Below, piece by piece: positions 38,133-51,546 of a stretch of 64,000 nt of DNA. Source of the DNA: Auanema rhodensis (Eukaryota > Animalia > Nematoda). The notes below the pieces were generated by a model. It was given only the letters and a program-made list of their open reading frames with translations. It had not been told where the DNA came from and did not search any database. The stretch lies in the NCBI GenBank assembly GCA_964057225.1, contig OZ059896.1, positions 9,672,001 to 9,736,000 of the forward strand, in the 5' to 3' direction. Made by a program: the position numbers and the translations under genes. Positions within the stretch are counted from its first letter, which is position 1; every line of letters begins with the position of its first letter.

Positions 38133-41100
38133 TTAAGAGGAACTGGCATAAGCTGTGAGGTGTTGGCGCAGTTCATCAGGTATACAACTAGAAACAGAGG
38201 CATTGTTTGATGGGCCACGTTGCAAAACAGCTTCAGCGAGGAAGGCTAGAACAGTATTATAAGATAATAATTTTTAAATTTTGACCTACCTTTGTAGTTT
38301 GAAATTTGAGGAGCAACTGGTTCTGCTTTAGCAGCATAACTTAATTTGCAGTAAGGGTTCGTAAACTCTCCTTCAGCATTGTACATGGCGGCTTGTTCTT
38401 CTTCTGGAGAAAGAGTTCCTCTTTCAGACGCAGATGGTGCTTCGATTAGTTTCGTGACTCCCATAGCAAGATCACCGAAGAGATCGCTAAATATGCAAAA
38501 TATAGATCATATATGGTGAGAGCAAGAACATACGGAATAATATTAGTTTGTTCACCAAGTAATCTGGCAAAACCTATCGCAATCAATCTTTTATCTGTGG
38601 GAGTAGTCATGTTTTGAAGAGTAGCTAACTCCGGAATGATAACTTTCTGAACAACCATATGCAACATATTTGGTTGAATAGCATTCATACTCTGAAATAT
38701 TTTATCAGATTTGAAAAAAATTGAAGAACAAACTTTAGCCAAATCCTCGGCACCTCTAACAATAATAAAGCGAGCAATGAAAACAACGAAGAATTTCAAA
38801 AACTTGGGGGTTTTGCTTCCTTGGATTCTTTGGAACATATTGTTCAACATGATCTTGACGGGAGCGTCAACACCTTGAATCATCTAAAACAAAAATATAT
38901 CAGCTTAGAAAAAACGACACACCTCAAGGCAAGGCAATAAAGCATTTCCCAATTGGAATCCGTAATTATCTAATGATCTTGATCCCATCAGACTATAATA
39001 TTATTCTATTTCTTTAATCAATATCTATATTTTACCGAGCATAGTGAGCAAGAACTTTATTTGAGTGCTCAGCAAGAACCTTCTCGGGAGCGTACTTCAG
39101 ATATACCTAATAAAGCAGATATTTGAAAAATTCCAAAAAATTGTAAACCTCTAGGACAGACAAGGCAGCTGGAACATTTGCAGATCTTGCCCATAATTGT
39201 TGATCAAGGAGGAAGTTTAGGAAAGCTATATACTTATCAGAATTAGATCCATTGGTAACAGCAGCAGTCAATAAAACTCCTGAATGAATAGTTGATAATG
39301 TGCTGATAGGCATAGAACGAACCTGTGATTTGAAGAGCGTATGGAATCAAATCGCTAATATCTTTTGTCATAATGGTTTCGACAAGAGGCATAAGCTGAT
39401 CGTCCAAGGAAACTCCGGGAAGATTGGCAGTCTAAATAAATAAATTTCTCAAATTATTCGATTCTAAAGCACCTTTCTAATAAGAACACACATAGTTTCG
39501 AAAAGGAAATGAGTATGTACAGGATCCGCAGGATTCTTAATAGCGGCATCTACCAAATTAGCCAACTGTGAAGCAATAGCGCCAGCATGGCGTGCTGAGT
39601 TATCCTAAAAAGGTAAAGTGTATAACAATATTGGTACAACAATTTACATCTAATAAAGCAACGATACGAAGAATAGCTTTGATCAAGTAAGGGGAGTTTT
39701 GAGACTTTGGGTCCTTGTCGAAAGCCGATACTAAATTGGAGAGAAGTGACTCCACAGGAACATCCTTTCCAGTAAGATAAGGAGTCTGAAATAATCACCG
39801 AAAAAAACTTGAAAAGAAAGTACTCAAAAATACTACATTTGTTTGTGGGTTTTTAACTAGAGCAATCTTCTCAACAGCATATGCAGCATACTTGTGAAGC
39901 ATCTTAAAATGTTACTAGGTTTATCAACCATTTGGGAAAACTTACAGGTATATTGGACTGAAGAAGCCTAACAGATGCTTGAATAACTTCAACTAATACT
40001 TCCACGGGTAGTTGATTACGGAAAGTAACAGCAAATCTAGATTAACGTGTTTTCAATGATAATAAAATATAATAAACTTAATAGCATCCGTTTTCAAAAT
40101 TGGAGTATCATTTACATCACCAGCGAGATGTACACGAACTTGATTGCTATAGTAATCGAGAACGTTGACCTGAAGAATGCATTAAAAATAACTTGCAAGC
40201 ATAGAAAAAAGTGCTATATTAGAAATATTAGAAATACTAACCAGTTCACTAGTACTAGTAGCTCCTGACTTGGCTGTTTCAGTTTTAGAAGCCATAGCAG
40301 TAACTAAGCAATATACCACGTCCAGTTTCATCCACGAACCATCAGAGCATAGAGATGGAATAATCTGAATGTCTTAAGTAATTATATCATAAAAATTGTG
40401 ATCATCACTTGTCCAAGAATTGGAATAAGGGCTGCTTCAAAGCGACGACAAAGAGCTCGAACCAGATCAATTGCTCCTCTTCTACGTGTGCCAACATCAG
40501 TACCTTAAAAAAAATTTAATTTTAAGTTCTTATTCTCAACAATGATACCTTCTAAGTCTCTCTTCATAAAATCGACAGGCTCATCTTCAAACAGTTCGAG
40601 ATCCTCAGGACGAAGAGTTAAATTTTTAACGCACACATCCTCTGAAAGCAAATAAGTAACTTAAGAAACAAGTAAGAAAAATTACGAGCAATCGTTTGAA
40701 GAACTCCTTCTCCGACAAAATATTGTTCATAATATTGCTTCTGACAAATAATACTCAAGAAGCTAAGGCAAGCACAAATCATTCCATCATATCTATAATT
40801 GATAGCATATAGCTAACGATGACTTCTTGTTCAATATTACCTGACATCAGGCCCAGTTTGAACAACTAATTGCCAAACGGACTGAATAATAGAAGGCATG
40901 AAGGGATTGATCTCTTCCTCAAATCTTTGAGCGTATAAAGTGAAGATTTCACAAATTTCACTCTATAATTCATTACTATGGAAATGTATCAATTCAGAAA
41001 TTAAACCTTCATCTTATCAAGCGCTGTGGGATCTCCAGCAGCAGAAGAAACATTGGGGCAATCCAAAGGCATGAGTACTAAGAATCGTTCAACCCATTCT

Positions 41101-42080
41101 TTTAAATGATCCTATAGCATTTACATTGAAACAAGTTTGGTATTTTCTGTTAAACGCACCTCGAAATATTCGGGAATTTCTTGAAAAGAGAGTGAATGAA
41201 ACACTCGTGCAATATAGTGCAAAATCTTCAATGATTTCATATAAATAAAACTCATTTAATAAATTATTATACTTACGTCCAATACTTTCGTTAATGTTTC
41301 AACAGGAAGAGAGTTGGGGTTTCCTAATGCATCGGCCATTTTTTTGAACAGATTAGTCAATGGCTCTTGACACTAAACAGTAAATTAATTTTGAAATTAT
41401 CCCTATTCATACTGTTAAAAGACAATTCTTCAATTCAGTCCACAGTTCTATACTCTTTTGTTCATAACGGAATTTCTTGAAAAGTTGGTCCAATGAAGAA
41501 AGAACAGTTATAAGTCTATCAGGATCATCGCTTTGCATGAGGGTAGCCAAAGTGGGGACTAAATTGGGCCACTTCTCAGGAAAATCTCTCTGCAACAGTA
41601 ACTTTACAACATCCTATATTTTTAAAATAAACCTGGGCGACTAAATGAAGAGCATGAGATAATTGATTTTGAAGTGTTGAAGATATATTGTTAGTGTCAA
41701 AAAGAGTACGTAGTATAGCTTCTCTAATAGCTTGTTCTTCTTCAGCAGGAATATCAACTTCTGGTGTTGGACCCTACATAATGGAAATTTTCATGCTTTA
41801 TATATAATCTTTCCTCACCCAATTTTTCTTAATAAAGTTTTTGAAGGTGATAGCTGCAGCTGTGCTTACAACAGGAGGAACTGTAGGGTCACATACTAAA
41901 GCAATTAGCATAAGACTAAACTCTGAAAATAAGAAACCTTATAAATGTTAATAACTCATGTAACTTACGGGGCTGCTTTTCAAATTCATTAATCTTAGCC
42001 TCAGCAGCACGACGAGTGTCAATTTCTGTACTTAGAGTACTTTGCAAAACTTCAGCTACTTGTGCAAGGTTCCCATTCAT
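38133..42080 (-). CDS. xpo-2: Exportin-2 / CSE1L (importin-alpha re-exporter)
   Basis: AAAITFKNFIKKNW, RDFPEKWPNL, FKKFRYEQKSIELWTELK, QEIPEYFEDH, FEDEPVDFMKRDLEGTDVGTRRRGAIDL, FAVTFRNQLP, WARSANVPA. Confidence 0.95.
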
Positions 42081-42189
42081 TTTTTCTGTATAAGATAATT
42101 TTGAAAATAATGTATTTATTTAAGTCTCATTTAAGAATGACATCAGAAAAATTAACAAAGAACCAAATAGAAAAAATCTAGATATTCAA

Positions 42190-42213
42190 AACTTCATTTC
42201 GAAATCCCGCCAC
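42190..42213 (-). promoter_or_regulatory. E2F/CDE plus CHR (DREAM-like) element upstream of xpo-2
   Basis: Minus strand reads TGGCGGGATTTCGAAATGAAGTTT, continuing TGAA: an E2F-like core followed by TTYRAA, about 120 nt upstream of the ATG. Confidence 0.45.
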
Positions 42214-42840
42214 CGGGAACAATACGTACGTAATCGTACGTAGCAAAAGAAGTTTTGGAAAATACAATGTTGTTGGTCCAATATTTTTTGCAATATCACA
42301 TGTAAAGTTGACTGTTTTGATTCAAGTTGTAGAGCACAAGGTTAAATTGAGACTATAAAATATAGGAACTTATTTTTATATTTATTTGTGTTACTATACT
42401 ATATATTATAGTTAAGAAGTAAAGGTAGTACTGATTGAACCTGTTTTAGTTATTCTTAGTATTTTAAATATTATCTTCAACTCCAGATTGGGGATTAAGA
42501 GAATTGTAACAATTTCAATGCAGATTGATATTTTAGAATAATATAAAATTATTTTCTTGCTAGATTAGCTTTGCCTAAAAAAGTTGAAAATGCATATTGA
42601 CATATCAGAAATATCTAGTAAAGGCTCATTTAATAATTAATTATGCTGTTTTCAATAGATAAGGTAAATAATCATGATTGATAATGTAGACGGATAATTA
42701 GAAAAATCAATAAATAATATTAATATTTTAATTTCTATTCCTCGTACTCGCCGCCCAAATGCGCTCAACATAATTTTTGTATTATAATTATGGTACAATA
42801 ATATAACATAACAAATTATTGGATGGGTATATTAGCTACT

Positions 42841-43712
42841 TCAATGTGATTTATACCAGCTGTTCCGCAGTTCGCCTGCTGCGTCAAACCAAGCAATATA
42901 GCTGCAAGATGCTTTTCCATTTAAATTCCACATTTCTAGTTCATCACAATTATCCCCAGCTAAATATCAAATATAAGTTAAGAAAAATATGTTATAATAC
43001 TTATGATAGAAGAGTTATGTGATTGAAAAACAGCTGAATTTACTGAACAGTCCAAACGACCACATTTTCCGTAGCTTGCTTCATATCTTTAAATTCCTAT
43101 GATAAATGTTGTGCATTTGAAAAGCCTACCGACAATAGAAATTAAAAGCATCATGGGAACCTGTCCATCTTCCGGACCAAGAACAATCTATTGGATCACT
43201 TCTAACAAAACACAGCATAAAATAATTTTACTAGAACTCGAATTTACCTGCAGCAGTACTTCTTATCCAATTTTGTACCTAAAAAGTTCAAACATGGTTC
43301 TCCAAATGATGGATCAGGTATACACACTGTACCATTCTCGCATCTATCAAATAAAAAAATATTTATTTTTGTTTCAGTATTAGTTTTAATAGGCTTTAGA
43401 TAATGTTTTCTCACCTTCCTGTGTGCGATCTAATGTAATCAAAGCCTGCTGGACAACTATCAATACATAAAGGTGCTAATCCGAACCATCGACATCCACC
43501 ATGAGAAGGTAACCGACTTGGAACGTTTGTTGGTCCCGTGGATCTTCAATATAATATGTATAAAATGAGAAAAAATAGTAAATAACTTACAACAGAATAT
43601 TACTGAGCTCCTGTGTGGTTCTTCCGATAACGCCATCCCTCATAAGTGTTTTCTCATGTGCCATATTTGGCACAATTAAGATAAATGCTAAGCATAAATG
43701 ATAGTAGTACAT
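42841..43712 (-). CDS. Secreted cysteine-rich protein, 6 exons
   Basis: Signal peptide, then GCRWFGLAPLCIDSCPAGFDYIRSHTGRCENGTVCIPDPSFGEPCLNFLGTKLDKKYCCRSDPIDCSWSGRW...NFYCRYE...KCGRLDCS...KASCSYIAWFD; all introns phase-consistent. Confidence 0.85.
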
Positions 43713-45984
43713 AGAGGAGGCGAAAGATCGAAAAGTTTGAGATATAGATCGAATAAAGAAATCAAAACGTGATTTAGGCTCGTAATGAAGGAAGTTAGTT
43801 TGGATAAACAAAAGTTGAAGATTAGATGTTTGTTTAAGTACATAAAAGAATTGATTTGCACGGGTTTCCTTATGTGAGAAGCATATCATCAAATTTATTT
43901 GATTAATTAGTGACAGAGCGAAGTGTACTGACAATTTTTGTATTTTTTTCGGACTCACTAAATCTTAATTTCGGGATAACATAATCTTTGCACACAATCG
44001 ACTAATATTGGTTCTGCAAAGTGGATAGACTCCTTTTATGTATGCTACACAGAAAATTCCAGTTATTATTAAGACAAATAATCTCTATTTCATGCAATAC
44101 CAAATGGCTTGGAACACCCTCTCCCCCCTTCGTAACTGTCAATAGCCATTTTCAAAAAAAAACAATGTTTCAAATATTTAGATGTCAGGCTGAGTTCGGC
44201 TTTTTTAAAGGTGAACTGTCAGTTTCAAAATCTCATATAATAATGTGAAGAAAGAGTCATATGTTTGAAATTTTGGTCAAAACTGTCGAATGAAAAGACC
44301 TCTCTCTATCTTTACATTTTTTTCACAGAAGATTAAAGATTATTTTGTCAACTGGAACCACATATATGTATATAACTCCCGAGAAAAACATATTTTCTTG
44401 ATAAGTAGAATATTTTTAGAGAGCTGAGGATTAGTTTTCTCTCGATTTTTGCGTGATTTTTTGTAGGAATTTGAAAACGTACACTTGCACATAGTATTCT
44501 TCTTTTTCATCACTATTTGGCAATCGGCGTTGTCGACTTCACTTCGTCTGAGTTTGTTGACAAATCTGTTTGCCATCGGCTTTTGAGGCCAGTCTTGGAA
44601 AAAAGACATGATGGTGGCATGCTCAATGTTGAAGAAGAACAATTCGCTTAAGTTTCAGCGTCAACCTAAGTATAAAAAATAGAGCAGATCAAACATCTGT
44701 TTCTTACAATATTTTATATGAAATTTATAAATCATTGGAAATTACAATTTTTTTCAATATTAGTTTTTGTCTTTCTTTCACAATTTATGTTTCATAACAG
44801 TTCTAATCAAAGTCTTAAACTTATGTTTTGAGTATTATAAAATATTTATTTTATGAGTAAACCTCTCATCTTTACTGAAGCATCTTGACTGTTTTATAAG
44901 ATGTTTAAATGTTAAGAAGATTTTTGCTTTTGTGATGTACTACTTTCTTTCATTATTGTTTTTACTTTTCAGTTTTCTTATAGTATAACTCGTGTTGCTT
45001 GTCTTAACAGATATTTATTAGAAGTTGTATAGAAAGTTTGGTATGACATTATTAGAACTAATTTAGTAAAATTCATCACATTCTATCTTCTTTTAAGAAT
45101 TTCTAATCTTCTTCAATTAGAATCGCATGATTTTCTCTTGAGAATTTGGGATCTGTCCTAAATTTTCTGGCAACTTTAGCATATTTCATAATTCGAACAA
45201 TCATGCGGGCCTTATAATTCTAGTTTTGCACGTTGCATGTGTTTTAATCTCATTTGATATACATATATAACTATATATAATATATATTCATATTGAATGA
45301 TATTTTCTGTATTATTTATTTTGTCGATTTTTTTGGTGTATGACTGTATAGCTAAAGAAAACTAGAAACATTGTTTTATATCAAGTTCAAAAGCTCTTTA
45401 TACAGTAGTTTCTGTAAAGTTGTGTATGTTGAAGTCCTAGTATCTGCATTATCGATTGAATTTATTATGAAACTAAAAATAATAAATAGTTAGTTCAAAG
45501 ATAACTGACCGATCATTGAACTATGTGCATTCGGTAATATTTTGTTGGGTAAAAATTTGAGAAATTATAACATAAGTTAAGCTTAAAACTGTATGTAGAG
45601 TAACTTGAACTGGTTTCAAGAGCACTCTTCCTTCTCAACTATTGACTTTTCTCAAATGTCAATCACACAGAACGCATTTTTATTTAATACCAATAAAAAA
45701 TGACATACACTGTTTTCTGTTTTCTCTTTCAGATCCATAACAACGAAGATCAATCTGCGTTTTAACAAGACGATGATCCCGATTATTTTATTAACCAATT
45801 TTCAATCCATCAAGTTGTAGATTCCTTCTATGAGTATAAGCATGCCTCTGCAAACTCATCGTATTATTTTATTTGCTCATGTGATTTTGCTGTTTCTCGT
45901 GAATTCTTCGTGAACTTTTGAGCATAATTTCCAATTATTATTTCAAGTTCATATGAAAATGTTATATTTAATTAATATTTAGAC

Positions 45985-46694
45985 ATGCCACGTGAGCGAG
46001 AGGTTTCTACGCGTTTAATTCGACCAACTATGCCATTTATTGACCAAAATCAGCTCGTGCTCTTTGTGGAAAGGTGGAATCCCAGTTGGGAAATCGATGG
46101 CAGCATAAAGGTAATTATACATGATCTCTAAGTAAGAATTTCTTTTTTTTTAAGATTTTCGACGAAGGAATTGCTCAGTATATGATTGCCGATCTTGAAT
46201 CTCATTACAAATACTTTGCTGCATTAATCTTAAGTAAACCAAGCCTCAGATGTCAAATAATCGCTGAAGAACCGACAGACGAACTTGATGACAACGGAAA
46301 TAAATTTGAAATGGTAAGTTGCTACTACAGTTATACATATATTTCTTTTAAAACTTGACCAATCTGCCGCGATCCTATTTATATATTTCAACCGCCGAAC
46401 TTCGAACTAACACATCCATATATGAAAAAATGTGTATCAATCATTTATATAAATTATATTGCTGATAAGATAAGATCATATGTTTTACTTAGATCAGTCA
46501 ATTCCACTTCCATTAAGAACAAAGCATGTTTTCAGCCTTTTTGCGTTCATTCGACATTCAGGTCATCTATGCGATTCCCTCAAAAGAACTTCGCCGAGAT
46601 TTATCCTGCATTGTACGGTGCATATATCCCAGAAATTTCTGACCACAACAGCCCCACATTACTTTCTTTAAATTCTTACATGTTGCAACATTAA
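45985..46694 (+). CDS. Small protein of unknown function; last exon ambiguous
   Basis: Exons 45985-46110 and 46155-46313 (MPREREVSTRLIRPTMPF...WEIDGSIK|IFDEGIAQYMIADLESHY...NKFEM) with strong GTAATT/GTAAGT donors; three candidate terminal acceptors. Confidence 0.65.
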
Positions 46695-49343
46695 TTATTA
46701 GTTCTATTTGAGTACATGTGATATCCTTTCTTATTCTTCAGTGATTTTTTACTGATCTTGTGTATCTTATTTTCAAATTTCATTCTAGTAATAGACAATA
46801 TCATTAATTGAAATCAATCTTATATGGACCGGTTGAAGCAAAAGAATGCTGCGTAGTTTTTTTAGGAAAAATCTGCTTCCAATGTCATTTTGCTTGATTA
46901 GCATTTCATAAATCTGAAAAGTGAATTTAATCTTTTCTTTCTTTTTTCTTATCAATCAGACGGGTCAAAGCCATTATCCCAAAATAGAAAATCATATCTA
47001 TATAGATTTTGTTTTCGAGAGTAGATGCAATACAATTGCTGCTGAATTTTTAAAATTTTTTTTTAATTGAAAAATCTATTTGTCAAACACTATAGCTCGT
47101 AAATCACACTTTTGCAGATATCACAAGGTGAATTAAACTCGGATGATATTCAACGTATCGAACTTTTGAAGATGGTCTTGTCAAAGAGAGGATACAGATT
47201 TTGAAACTTATATATGATCACAAACTTGTACATTCCACATATGCATTGTTTTTCTTGAATATTTGTGAACTATCTTCATTTGTTTTATTGGTTTTTATGA
47301 TTTTCTTAGATTCTACTGTTTAAAACTATGTCGTAGTTTGCTATCATTTGTAGTTCATATTCATCTCACTGTTATATTCGTTCAATTGCACATTGTGAAA
47401 AATAACTTAAATAAACAAATACAAACTAAAGTAGTTAACACTACGAGGTCCCGTCTCGTGCTCTCTTACTCATAATTGTTTCGAAACGTTTTCTTCCTTC
47501 GTTTTTACCCTCTTGTTTTCCATTCCATAGAGTCACGTCATGTGAAGATTGGAGAGCAACTGTCACACAAGGTTCAAGCAGAATGTTTATCTGCTGTTTC
47601 GACATTAAGTTGTAATTGTGAACACGTTTCCCAAAGGATTATGGCTGTTTTCTTCCACAAGAAAAAAAGCTGACCACAGCATTATCAACATTCTTTTTGC
47701 ACGCCAGGTAAATATTCTAAGAGAACTGAGTGTCAGATAATAATTTCAATGAGCAATAAGCTCTCCGGTATCATTTTGTGCTTTCATCTATAAAATATGA
47801 ATAGATACACGTAGGTTATACCAAGCTTCAGCAGTTATTCACTCTACAGTTCCAGTTATTAAATAGCTGGCCAAGCAATTCACTACAACAAACGAGATGT
47901 GTTCCGAGATTCAAGGGTCGATAGCCATTGTTGTCTGGAGAAATCATCTTATTTCTCTCAACAGCATTAACTTCATCTTCCCTTCCGCAAGTCAGCAGGG
48001 CGTCGTCTGGTTTCAACTGACTCCTCAGTCAGCAGGACTCAACTAGCCAGCCCATCGTTAATCGTCAAGGCCTTGACTAAATGAACGGTTAAATCACGAG
48101 TTGGATCGAAAAGTTCCTCTTAATATACCTAATCCATATCCGGCAATAAGATCAGGTAAAGGTTTTCAACTGTTTTCTTGTGTAATCTGCTTACCACATG
48201 TTCTGTTTCACAATCTGAACATTTTTGTTGACAAATATTTGTTGTGTAAACAAGCACCGATTGACACGAGAAAAGGTGCGTGGAAAACACTTATTTCAGA
48301 GACTGATCTTGTCTCATGATCACCTAATTATTTAATTTATGAAGTGCCATTACCAGAAGTTGTCAGCCTCACCTTATTTTACATAACTCAATATTCCATA
48401 CTAGAGAGGAATAAAAGGTGTGATTTAAAAGCAAAGTCATCAAAATTCTTTTACGCTGACGAAATTCACACGTTCCAATACTCATGCGTATTTCAAGAGG
48501 TAAAACGATTATAGATGAGCAGTAAAATATATAAGTATTCGCCTGTTCATTTCCACCTTCACGATAATCAGTATCTTCTGGTATCCTATGTTTACGATTC
48601 TATTTGTCTTTTATGCTATAGCAGCAAACAATTTTTGGCATAGACAAACCACTTCAGCTTCTAAAATATTTCACGTATAAAAAGATTATAGACCAACGGC
48701 TAACTTAATTGTTTCAAAGGTCGCAAAGAGATGAAGTACCTGCTTCATCCGCTCACCTATCCCACAATCTTCATATTATAAACAAAACTGGCAACAGTAA
48801 CTAAAGATCCTCTGCACCGCTATCATTCACGAATTTATAGAATCTGCATGAATGATGACTTTGAGTTTTTTGGTACGTAATTGCGTACCTTCTAGAGTCC
48901 GCTACGCCGTTCTTCCAACCCTCTCTGTCGTTTACGAAATACTGCCTGAGGTAAACATTAGCATTTCAATGTTCCTTGTATCGTGCATATGATAATTTAT
49001 AAGGATCACCGAAAACCAATTAGAATATCAACGTAGATGGCATTTTTATTGAAAAAAGAAGTATGTGCTTCTTGTACAATATTGCTTCAGGGTGCTTTTG
49101 TTTAGAAACACCCATAGCAGTAGCCATGACGCCCTATAATGTCTGTCTAACCTAATATTTCGCAAATGTGCAATCTATCTGTTTCAAATATCTGCCATTT
49201 TTAGTTGTTCATTTCTTTTTTTATATTTAAATTTAATTATAATTTTTCTTTCCTCGATTGTCCATGTTGTTGCTGTTAAAAAAATAATATATCTACATGT
49301 ATATATATCTTTAAACAAAAAGTTTTTTTTAGAATAATTCACA

Positions 49344-51225
49344 ATGGAACCAATTACTCGAATTCACGCATGCTTGTCGTGCCAAAAAGCTATGAAGTTA
49401 GATCCAAGCTTGAAGCGAACGGAGAACGTTGAAACTAATCAGGTTTTATCGAATATTGTTTCCTATAACCAATTCAAATTTAGCATTTTGCTTTATCGAA
49501 TGATGACGAAGGTCTAGCGGGAGAGTCAAAAAATCTGCTTAAAATTATAAGTGATTCCTCAATTTTATCAGAGACGCCAGTATGTAGGGTTGGTCATTTG
49601 TGAATTTCGCATAATTTCGAATATCTCAGGAATGCGCAAGTGAATTGGATATGGCCTTGCATAAACATCTAGCTTCCCTTACCGAAGAATGCAAGGCTTT
49701 TGAAAATTTATTAAAAGATATGGAAGATTTGGTATCAACTTCAAACATATCGGAAAAAAAGAAAGAACTAGAAGCTTTAAAGGTTAGCTTCGTTGCGACC
49801 ACTATTGCCTCATTTTATATTCTTAGTTAGAAGAAAAACGATTGAATATTGAGCTGCAACGTCACTTAGAAGAAGAAAAAACATTGGAATTGAAGCTTTC
49901 TTCAGAAAAAGATAAGCTTGATCAGAAAATGAAAACCGAAGAAGATAAATGGAGGCAGTTTCGAGATAATCACAGGTCTGTTTTTCATGCTGATCAGTGA
50001 AGTACATTTCAATTTGTAGAAATTTAATCGATATTACCGCTCAAACAACGCATCTTGATGCGGAGTTGAGATATGCTGATGCTCAGCATCGTAAGTTAGC
50101 TGGTCTACATATTCTCGACGCTTGTTTTAATATTTGGGTCGACAATGGAGGTGCCATTGGTCAGTTATTCATTTTTTTTCTTACAAGTGCTTTCAATTTT
50201 AGGTGAGATAAACGGTTTTAAACTTGGGCGTCTACCTTCTCAACCTGTTGATTGGCCAGAAATCAACGCCGCTTGGGGACAAGCAGTATTTTTGCTCTAT
50301 GTTACTTAATATTTTTTAACGTTCACTTAATTTTTTCTTTTAGGTTCTATTGGAAGGTTTAAATGTCAAACTAGAAAATAAGAAAATTGTTCCTTTAGGA
50401 AGTTATTCCCATATTATCACTACAAAGTATCATTTTTTCATCTTCTTAAATTCATATAAATTAAGTATCAGAGGTGGTGGTGTTCAAACGTTACCCTTAT
50501 ATGGTTCTGGTCCGGTTAATCCGTTTGGAAACCAGAATTTGGATTCTGGCATTTTCGCATTTCTTCAATGTTTTGATACTCTACATGAAGCAGTTAAGGT
50601 AGGCACAGTTTTTTTTCTCTGGCGATATCCGATTTTTTTTTTCGTGAGCGTCGGTTTTGCACACAATATTGACCACTCTGTCAAACAATGAGTATAGTGA
50701 ACATTACATTTTTTTTCTACGAAAAGCATTTGTCTTACCATATTGTGATCTTATTTTTATCGATAACGTTTTGATAATTCCACGATAAATGCTTTTCTTT
50801 TAAATCAGCTAAATTGCTTATTTATGCACTGTTTTTTAAGCTGCAAAATTTTTTGAAATATCAAATGTATGTGTTTTTTTCAAGTAGTATTTTATTTGAA
50901 ATATTTGATTCTTTAGATTTGCCCATGTGATTGCACAAATCGCATCAAATTTCAGTGTTTTTGAAATCGTGTAAATCTGTGTTTAATTTTGATCAGCAAC
51001 TGCTGAACTGTTACTGTGGCAACATTTCAATGATTGCAGGCACTCAATCCGTCCTTTAGCTTGATCTATCATATCAATGGTGATAAGTTGATTCATGATA
51101 AAATGGAGTACTCTGCAAAGACTATGTGGAACAGTGAAGAACGATGGACCAAAGCTATGAAAATGTTGTTAGCTAACTTGAAAGCTGTCATGCTGCAAGT
51201 TATAAGCCTCAAAAATCCATCTTAA
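49344..51225 (+). CDS. bec-1: Beclin / Atg6
   Basis: CLSCQ N-terminus, PVCREC, coiled coil, [70 protein letters not shown]. Confidence 0.94.
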
Positions 51226-51382
51226 ATGTTGTACACGTTGGCTATGTCATGTTGCTGTTACAGGTTTGTAAAAATAGTGATACATTACTTTGATTCCTAT
51301 ATTTTGATAAGTAAGTATTTTTTGTTAGATATGGTATTGTTGTATTATATGTACATTACACTTGTATATAGTCTTGTATATA

Positions 51383-51439
51383 TTAAATAAAACACAATTT
51401 ATATATTATTTTTAAATTTCAGTTTTATCTGTCATATAC

Positions 51440-51474
<35 letters not shown>

Positions 51475-51507
51475 GCTTTGAATAATGTTATATTTTTTGT
51501 TTCCAGT
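51383..51507 (+). promoter_or_regulatory. Operon intercistronic region bec-1 to skn-1: AATAAA, U-rich (ATT)10 tract, TTTCCAG trans-splice acceptor
   Basis: AATAAA at about 51386, (ATT)n at 51444-51474, acceptor at about 51507, ATG at 51547; spacing of about 120 nt is typical of SL2 operons. Confidence 0.65.
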
Positions 51508-51546
51508 GCTTTATAATATTCTGAGATTTGTTTGGATCGAGTATTT

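Noticed and set aside
48853-48949. Possible C/D snoRNA (ATGATGA...CTGA)
   Set aside because: No terminal stem and no recognisable rRNA or snRNA antisense element; both boxes are short enough to occur by chance.
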